The notes under the pieces are model-generated. The model made no database searches. It had not been told where the DNA came from and was given only the letters and a program-made list of their open reading frames with translations. The position numbers were made by a program, and so were the translations under genes. Of a DNA stretch of 64,000 nucleotides, positions 58,415 to 64,000 are shown in pieces. Location: IMG/VR virus record IMGVR_UViG_3300042561_001378, positions 1-64,000 of that record. The stretch is one strand, 5' to 3'. The DNA is from a virus. Every line of letters starts with the position of its first letter. The stretch's first letter is position 1.

Positions 58415-60147
58415 TGGCCGCCTATTACAACGAGATCGACCCAAACGCAGCGCAGTGGTTGAGGGAATTAATCAAGATGGGCGCGATCGCCCCTGGTGAC
58501 GTAGACGAACGGAGTATTGAAGATGTCTTTCCAGATGACCTTAGAACTTACAGTCAATGCCACTTCTTCGCCGGAGTCGGGGGATGGTCACTCGCCCTCA
58601 GGCTTGCAGGATGGCCAGACGATCGCCCCGTGTGGACAGGTAGCGCCCCCTGCCAACCGTTCAGCGCGGCAGGCAAAGGAGGCGGGATTGCTGACGAGCG
58701 GCACCTATGGCCAGCGCTCTTTTGGCTCATCAGCCAGTGTCGCCCTGAGACAGTCTTTGGTGAGCAAGTTGCATCAAAGGATGGCCTCGGATGGTGGGAT
58801 ATTGTTTCGGCTGACCTGGAAGGAGCGGGTTACGCCTGCGGGGCAAACGATCTATGCGCTCCGGGGCTCGCCGCAGTCGCCAAAATCCCAGTTGACTTTG
58901 TTGATGAATTTACTGGAAAACCATTTACGGTCTTACTCCGAGATGTACCCAGCAGTGCGCCCCATCTTCGTCAACGCCTTTACTGGGTGGCAAACACCGA
59001 CAGTCCAGGACGGCAATGGCAGGGACAGACACAATCAGCGGGGCGGGGGCATAACCCTATCGCTATTGGGGGAGAGCAGGTTAGCCCCCTGGCCAACGCC
59101 CAATGTCCCGAACGGGGGGCGATCGCCGAAGGATGGGGCAGTGAGCAGCACGGGGCAGTCGGAGAACGGCAAGCGCCAAGTGGATCTACAAATGGCAGCA
59201 CGGTTAGCACCCTGGCCCACCCCGAAAGTGCAGAATGCGAATGCACCAGGGGAACACGGGCAGGGCGGGCAGGATCTACAGACCGTCGCCCTTGGGACAA
59301 CCCCATCTGGCTCCCCTGCGCCGACGGAAAAGCGCGGCCAGCTCAATCCAGCATTTTCAAGATGGTTGATGGGATATCCTGTAGAATGGGATATAGCGGC
59401 TATCAATGCGTATCGCTTAAGGAAGAAGAGGAAATAGAAGATGGGCCGACCACGAAAGCTAGATCCAGAGAAGTACTGCGAAATGTGCGGGATTCTGTTG
59501 ATCCGGAAGGTTTACGGGGGTGTGAGGTTGGAAGATCTTTCGACTTTCAAGAAGCGGAAGTATTGCAACCAGAAATGCATGGGCGAAGCGATGGAGGGGA
59601 CGATCAAGGTAGAGAACCCCAAGAATTACCGCCGTCAATCTGTGAAGACCCGCAAGGGGAATTGCGAGAAATGCGGCAGGGGGGATTCTTTGCTGCATGT
59701 CCATCACAAAGACCACAATCCCATGAACAACGACCCGTTGAACTTGACGACGTTGTGCGGTTCCTGTCACCGTCTTTGTCATTCGCCCAACTACACGGAG
59801 ATGGGCGAACCGAATCAGCCTTGCAGAATTTGTGGCAAACAATCGGCGAGGCAGCAGCTTTGCAATACCCACTTAACCAGGCTGAAGAAGCATGGCGATC
59901 CCTTGCTGAAGAAGGTAAAGCAAGGCTCAGAATGGGTTTTGACCCGTGTAGATGGGTAGAAATTCAGCAATACACCAATCCGTTGGTTAATGGGCTACCC
60001 CGTGGAGTGGGATATAGCGGCGATATTAGCCCACAGACAGCGCAAAACACGGCAGAAGGGCGGGGAATGAGACTAAAGGGGTATGGCAACGCCATAGTCC
60101 CTCAACTGGCCGCTGAGTTTGTTGCAGCAACTATGGAGTGTCTGTAA
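58411..60147 (+). CDS. C5-cytosine DNA methyltransferase, alpha chain
   Basis: FFAGVGG, PCQPFS, EQV, HLRQRLYW, KGYGNAI motifs I, IV, VI, VIII, X. Confidence 0.9.
   Translation: MMAAYYNEIDPNAAQWLRELIKMGAIAPGDVDERSIEDVFPDDLRTYSQCHFFAGVGGWSLALRLAGWPDDRPVWTGSAPCQPFSAAGKGGGIADERHLWPALFWLISQCRPETVFGEQVASKDGLGWWDIVSADLEGAGYACGANDLCAPGLAAVAKIPVDFVDEFTGKPFTVLLRDVPSSAPHLRQRLYWVANTDSPGRQWQGQTQSAGRGHNPIAIGGEQVSPLANAQCPERGAIAEGWGSEQHGAVGERQAPSGSTNGSTVSTLAHPESAECECTRGTRAGRAGSTDRRPWDNPIWLPCADGKARPAQSSIFKMVDGISCRMGYSGYQCVSLKEEEEIEDGPTTKARSREVLRNVRDSVDPEGLRGCEVGRSFDFQEAEVLQPEMHGRSDGGDDQGREPQELPPSICEDPQGELREMRQGGFFAACPSQRPQSHEQRPVELDDVVRFLSPSLSFAQLHGDGRTESALQNLWQTIGEAAALQYPLNQAEEAWRSLAEEGKARLRMGFDPCRWVEIQQYTNPLVNGLPRGVGYSGDISPQTAQNTAEGRGMRLKGYGNAIVPQLAAEFVAATMECL
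58517..59437 (+). CDS. Alternate-frame methyltransferase beta chain
   Basis: W(P/Q)TP repeats and LNPAFSRWLMGYP motif IX-like sequence. Confidence 0.7.
   Translation: MKMSFQMTLELTVNATSSPESGDGHSPSGLQDGQTIAPCGQVAPPANRSARQAKEAGLLTSGTYGQRSFGSSASVALRQSLVSKLHQRMASDGGILFRLTWKERVTPAGQTIYALRGSPQSPKSQLTLLMNLLENHLRSYSEMYPAVRPIFVNAFTGWQTPTVQDGNGRDRHNQRGGGITLSLLGESRLAPWPTPNVPNGGRSPKDGAVSSTGQSENGKRQVDLQMAARLAPWPTPKVQNANAPGEHGQGGQDLQTVALGTTPSGSPAPTEKRGQLNPAFSRWLMGYPVEWDIAAINAYRLRKKRK
59441..59959 (+). CDS. HNH endonuclease nested in the methyltransferase gene
   Basis: CEKC…HVHHKDHNPMNNDPLNLTTLCGSCHRLCH. Confidence 0.85.
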   Translation: MGRPRKLDPEKYCEMCGILLIRKVYGGVRLEDLSTFKKRKYCNQKCMGEAMEGTIKVENPKNYRRQSVKTRKGNCEKCGRGDSLLHVHHKDHNPMNNDPLNLTTLCGSCHRLCHSPNYTEMGEPNQPCRICGKQSARQQLCNTHLTRLKKHGDPLLKKVKQGSEWVLTRVDG

Positions 60148-60320
60148 TGTTCTTCCCAAAATCTCATAGTCTTCCCGTGATGGGAGACACGGTACGCATC
60201 GACCACAACCCCGAACCCTACACCTGGGACAGTGATGGCCGCTACGAATGGCTCAAGGGCAAGGCAGACAGGTTGGAGACTGAAGCAAATAACGCAACAC
60301 AAGGGAGCTTAGGGCAATGA
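60147..60320 (+). pseudogene. Chimeric duplication ORF
   Basis: 60145-60224 copies 60449-60528; 60220-60286 copies 58302-58368. Confidence 0.65.
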
Positions 60321-60450
60321 CATTTCTAATCAGCATTGGGCAGTGGAGCGGGATTTATTTTTATAACGGGTTTACCACTAGGCTGTGCCTTGGGTGGGTA
60401 GCTTTCACGTTCATTCCATTAGACGACACGGAAATAATGCAGCACAAATA

Positions 60451-60954
60451 ATGTTCTTCCCAAAATCTCATAGTCTTCCCGTGATGGGAGACACGGTACG
60501 CCTCGACCACAACCCCGAACCCTACACCGTGGGCATGGTGACACCCGATCGCACCTGGTATCACCTCATAGAGCTAGATGAGCCGGTGCGGGTGGAGTGT
60601 TTGGCCTGGTATCCACGGGTGGGGGACAGGGTAGAGGTGCTGTTTTGCCCCTACTTCAAATGGCTACGAAGCCGCTTTGACCATCACTGGTCGAGGTGGT
60701 GGGCGGAACCGGGGGAGCGGCGGGCGATCGAGGCGACCCTAGACCGGATCAAAGCCGCGATGAAAGAGGGTGTTCGCTACCGGGTGGGTGACCTGATGAA
60801 GGTTGAGGGCGACTTAGCAGAGGTGCAGTTTGGCAGCACCGCCGAAGTGTTGCCGATGAATTGTGTAGCAGTAGCGAGGGTTTTGATAGATGCAACAGTT
60901 AAAGGCAACACCGGGGACGACACAGCGGATCGGACTGGTCGAGAAGCCGCCTAA
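60451..60954 (+). CDS. Hypothetical protein with KOW-like motifs
   Basis: GDTV, VGDRV motifs. Confidence 0.55.
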   Translation: MFFPKSHSLPVMGDTVRLDHNPEPYTVGMVTPDRTWYHLIELDEPVRVECLAWYPRVGDRVEVLFCPYFKWLRSRFDHHWSRWWAEPGERRAIEATLDRIKAAMKEGVRYRVGDLMKVEGDLAEVQFGSTAEVLPMNCVAVARVLIDATVKGNTGDDTADRTGREAA

Positions 60955-61501
60955 TGTGAAGCTCAAACCCATCTCCGAAGATGAACTACGGGAGGGGGCC
61001 GAATGGATGGCGATGCTATCTAAAGACTATGGATTTAAACCAGGGGCTATTAAATCCAAGAGCACCCAGAGCTACACCAGGGGCCTCACCACTGCCTGCA
61101 TACGGGCGATGAACCGTTACCACGACCGAGAGACATGTTTCCCCGCCAGCGAAACCTACAACGCCGCCACTGGGCGGAGCGGGGATATTCTGGGCATCGT
61201 TGACGCGATTGTGATGGAGGTGGCCCCAGTACCCCGGAACCGATGGGTGCAGGCGTGCGGTCGAGACTGGCAAAGCCACATCACCAAAATGGCCGACTAT
61301 GACCACGTCAATCGGGTGCGGCAAATCCTGGCGAACGAAACCCACACACTCGAACTCTGGGGATGGGTACAGTTCCCTGGATTCACCAAAGGGGGCGGCA
61401 GGGCCAAAACCATGTTCTGGTATCCCAGGGTGCAGGTGATTACCCTTGACTTCATCCTAGGCCAGGAGCCGCCGCGATTCGTGCGGTTCTGGGAGGCGTA
61501 A
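60890..61501 (+). CDS. Putative PD-(D/E)XK-like nuclease/resolvase
   Basis: DILGIVDAI…WVQ…ELWGW. Confidence 0.55.
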   Translation: MQQLKATPGTTQRIGLVEKPPNVKLKPISEDELREGAEWMAMLSKDYGFKPGAIKSKSTQSYTRGLTTACIRAMNRYHDRETCFPASETYNAATGRSGDILGIVDAIVMEVAPVPRNRWVQACGRDWQSHITKMADYDHVNRVRQILANETHTLELWGWVQFPGFTKGGGRAKTMFWYPRVQVITLDFILGQEPPRFVRFWEA

Positions 61502-61529
61502 CCTGTAACCCTTGCCCCGTAACGCATAC

Positions 61530-61558
61530 AACCCCGTCATGGTGGCGGGGTTTTTCTT
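61530..61558 (+). terminator. Intrinsic terminator with same stem as array hairpin
   Basis: AACCCCGTCA-TGG-TGGCGGGGTTTTTC. Confidence 0.75.
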
Positions 61559-61570
61559 TGTTCGATCGCC

Positions 61571-61702
61571 CTGTGCAGGCCGTGCACCCCAAACACCCCC
61601 GGTTTCTAGCGCAGAAGTCGTGTGTGTTTCCTAAAAAATTCCGCCGCACACACACCCAAATAATTTCAACGGAGGCCTGCATGGCCTGCACACCCTGCAC
61701 AG
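61571..61702 (-). repeat. 132-bp element, copy C
   Basis: Reverse-complement copy. Confidence 0.9.
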
Positions 61703-61923
61703 GGCGACCAGGATTGCGACCCAGAACCCTTGACGCTATCATGGCGCTGTCGTACAATTGTCGTGCAAGTCTTAGGAGATTATGGACGCAATGACTAAGG
61801 CAGGATTGTTTGCAATGCTTGATGCCTTGCAGGAAGAAAACAGACATCTGCAAACAAGTCTTTGTTATTGCAAAGACTTGTTGGTGATTTACCAAACAGG
61901 TTTTTTAGACATTTGCCGCCAAG

Positions 61924-62163
61924 ATGGACGCATTGGAGAGGCTAAGCATAATGGCTAGTTACAGGTTACAAGTCAGGCTTTGTGAGCCTGATTTGCTCAG
62001 ACGGATAAATGCCGCTGCTGCCAGGGAGAGGCTGTTTAGGCCGGAATGGGTGCGGCGAAAATTGCGGGCTGCCGTAGAGCAGTCTGAGGCTGCCCAACAA
62101 AAGGCCGAAGCTGCTGCCGACTATGCAGCGGCGTTAGCCAGGGGGGAGGGTGCGCCGTTATGA
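61924..62163 (+). CDS. Arc/RHH-like protein
   Basis: LQVRL…L..RI.AAA…EWVR..L. Confidence 0.55.
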   Translation: MDALERLSIMASYRLQVRLCEPDLLRRINAAAARERLFRPEWVRRKLRAAVEQSEAAQQKAEAAADYAAALARGEGAPL

Positions 62164-62513
62164 TTCTTTCTTTTGGTTGGACAGCCCAATACCTCCCGCC
62201 CGCTGGGGCTAAAGACACCACCCGGCGCATTTGGAAGCCCAAAACCCTAGCCATTTGGCATCGGGCCTGGGACGAAGGGCGGCTAGAGCACGTTGCTGTA
62301 GACAAGTGCTTAGCTTATGGAGGCAAGCGGATTGGGCGGATCAAGCTCACAGCCCGGCCTGAGTTAGAGCCGCTGTACAAGATGCCGGAGTCAGACTTGA
62401 TCCGCGAGGGCGGCATGTGTTCTACAGTGCCTGGGTTTATTGATGCCTATTTTGGCGGCAATGCGGATCAAGAGGTAGCGGTAGTGCGGTTCAAGTTTGA
62501 GGCGATTGTATGA
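62160..62513 (+). CDS. ASCH-domain protein
   Basis: ILSF…KDTTRR…D..REG…V.F. Confidence 0.7.
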   Translation: MILSFGWTAQYLPPAGAKDTTRRIWKPKTLAIWHRAWDEGRLEHVAVDKCLAYGGKRIGRIKLTARPELEPLYKMPESDLIREGGMCSTVPGFIDAYFGGNADQEVAVVRFKFEAIV

Positions 62514-62764
62514 AAACCACAATTGACCTCGATCGCCTTGCCGCCTTGACCGCCTCATTGGAATCAGGGCACCCCATTGAGGCGGTGTTGCGTAAACATG
62601 GGATCTACGAGCGTTGGAGTGCCTACGACGTGGTAATTCGGCAACAAAAGAACTGGCGTTTTTTGATGTCGGCGACCAATAATGCTTACCAAAAACAATG
62701 GGCAGAGGCGGTGAAGGAATTGGAGCCGTGCATTAGGGCAATGGCTAAGGAGTTGGGGCTATGA
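62510..62764 (+). CDS. Hypothetical protein
   Basis: ATGA coupled. Confidence 0.5.
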   Translation: MKTTIDLDRLAALTASLESGHPIEAVLRKHGIYERWSAYDVVIRQQKNWRFLMSATNNAYQKQWAEAVKELEPCIRAMAKELGL

Positions 62765-63366
62765 CAACCATGACCGCTCTTGACTACACCCCGACCATTG
62801 CACCCCGCCGCAAGGCCCGTAAGTACACCAGCGAGGAACGGCAGTGCTGGAGAACGCCCAACACGCCAGATCAGCCTGTGCTGCACTTGGTAGCCCGTGC
62901 CCTTGGTGGTGAGATTGGAATTGACGTTACCGCCGACGCCGATCGCAGCGTACCCGCCCAGCACCACATTACAAAGGCTATGGACTGCACCAGCTTATTA
63001 AGCTGGCCCATGACAACGCGAAATTTTACAGCGTTTATGAATCCACCCTTTGAAAATCCGCATGTTTACCTAGACATGCTTCGACGATCAATGGATCCTG
63101 AGTTTGGCGTGGTCACCCAATCAATCGCGCTGCTTAAAACAGGCACTTTGCACAACCAAAAGTCAGGGGCCATCATCAAGGCTAACGCTAGCGCCGTCTG
63201 CCATTGGGGCGCGGGCAAAGTCGGGCGAATGGGGTTTATTGACTGCGACGGCTACCAGGTCACCGGGGCCGATTTTGACACAGTGCTGGTTTACTTTGGC
63301 AAGGATCCGTTTTTGTTTTGCCAGGTCTTTGAGCATTACGGGCTGGTGTCAAAGGTGGTGCTATGA
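62761..63366 (+). CDS. Phage-type N6-adenine DNA methyltransferase
   Basis: WRTP, IDV, FMNPPF motifs. Confidence 0.82.
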   Translation: MTTMTALDYTPTIAPRRKARKYTSEERQCWRTPNTPDQPVLHLVARALGGEIGIDVTADADRSVPAQHHITKAMDCTSLLSWPMTTRNFTAFMNPPFENPHVYLDMLRRSMDPEFGVVTQSIALLKTGTLHNQKSGAIIKANASAVCHWGAGKVGRMGFIDCDGYQVTGADFDTVLVYFGKDPFLFCQVFEHYGLVSKVVL

Positions 63367-64000
63367 GGCTGGCAGCTATGAAAGACATCACCTGCACCTA
63401 CTGCACCAAGCCATTTACCGCCAAGCGGCTGCGAGAATGCTGCGATCGCTCTTGTGCGGCTAGGCTAGCGCAGACCCGTCGAGGGCTTACCCCGTGGGAA
63501 CCCGAGGCTGAAATGTGGCTAGAGGAAAAGGCAGGAACATTGCCATTTTTTACCCTGTGCCGCCGGTTTAATACCATGGCCCGACGTAAGGGCTGGGGAG
63601 AGCGCAGTGAGAATGCAATGCACGTCAAGGTGCAACGGCTCAATCTGAGCAAAAAATGCACCGAAGACAATATGACCCGCAGGGAATTGGCCAGGGTATT
63701 GGCCATCAAACCTGATCGGGTTAGGGCATGGACTAGGGCCGGGTTACCGTGGCAAAAAGTCGCCCGCAATCAGGCGGCAATCCGTGTTGCTGACCTACGG
63801 GAGTTCCTACTGGCTAACCCGGAGCGAGCAACAGGTGTCCCTCAGCAAGAACTAGGGTGGCTGATTGGGGAGAGCGCAGCTGCGATTATTGCCAATGCTG
63901 AGCACTCCCAACGAGGTTACCCACGCCCAGTTATATGCATTGATACTGGGGAAAAATACCCTGGCATTAAGGCCGCAGCCCGCGCAAAGTTCGTGGTGCA
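63363..64000 (+). CDS. Zn-finger/HTH/NUMOD1-like DNA-binding protein (runs off window)
   Basis: CTYC…CDRSC, TRRELARVL, RPVICIDTGEKYPGIKAAAR. Confidence 0.65.
   Translation, partial: MRLAAMKDITCTYCTKPFTAKRLRECCDRSCAARLAQTRRGLTPWEPEAEMWLEEKAGTLPFFTLCRRFNTMARRKGWGERSENAMHVKVQRLNLSKKCTEDNMTRRELARVLAIKPDRVRAWTRAGLPWQKVARNQAAIRVADLREFLLANPERATGVPQQELGWLIGESAAAIIANAEHSQRGYPRPVICIDTGEKYPGIKAAARAKFVV

Overview
The window is a 64-kb section of a tailed (siphovirus-like), probably temperate phage or prophage of a cyanobacterium; the HIP1 octamer GCGATCGC is strongly over-represented. Modules: tail-tip/fibre genes (3.5-13.4 kb, minus strand), tail tube/chaperone/tape measure (15.4-24.0 kb, plus), head and packaging genes (30.8-43.7 kb, minus), small genes behind a repeated strong promoter, a repressor/Cro-like switch (48-52 kb), and replication and DNA-methylation genes (52-64 kb). 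No integrase or lysin was recognised. The standout is 24252-26901: a solitary RAMP/Cas7-like gene and a coupled unknown gene, followed by ten tandem small-RNA-like units. Each unit is an in-register run of 13-29 CTC-NN pentamers ending in a terminator hairpin; units 2-10 also have their own -10 box. This is not a CRISPR array. It looks like a programmable guide system with a non-contiguous dinucleotide code (VIPR-like, but with CUC rather than GGY as the constant triplet). Other notable items: a phage-borne GGDEF plus EAL pair, a 132-bp inverted-iteron element present four times (once in-frame in the helicase), a double-hairpin/small-ORF array, a three-gene two-frame methyltransferase/HNH overlap, and a ParB/radical-SAM/Gly-Arg-peptide cluster. 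All calls come from reading the sequence; no database searches were run.
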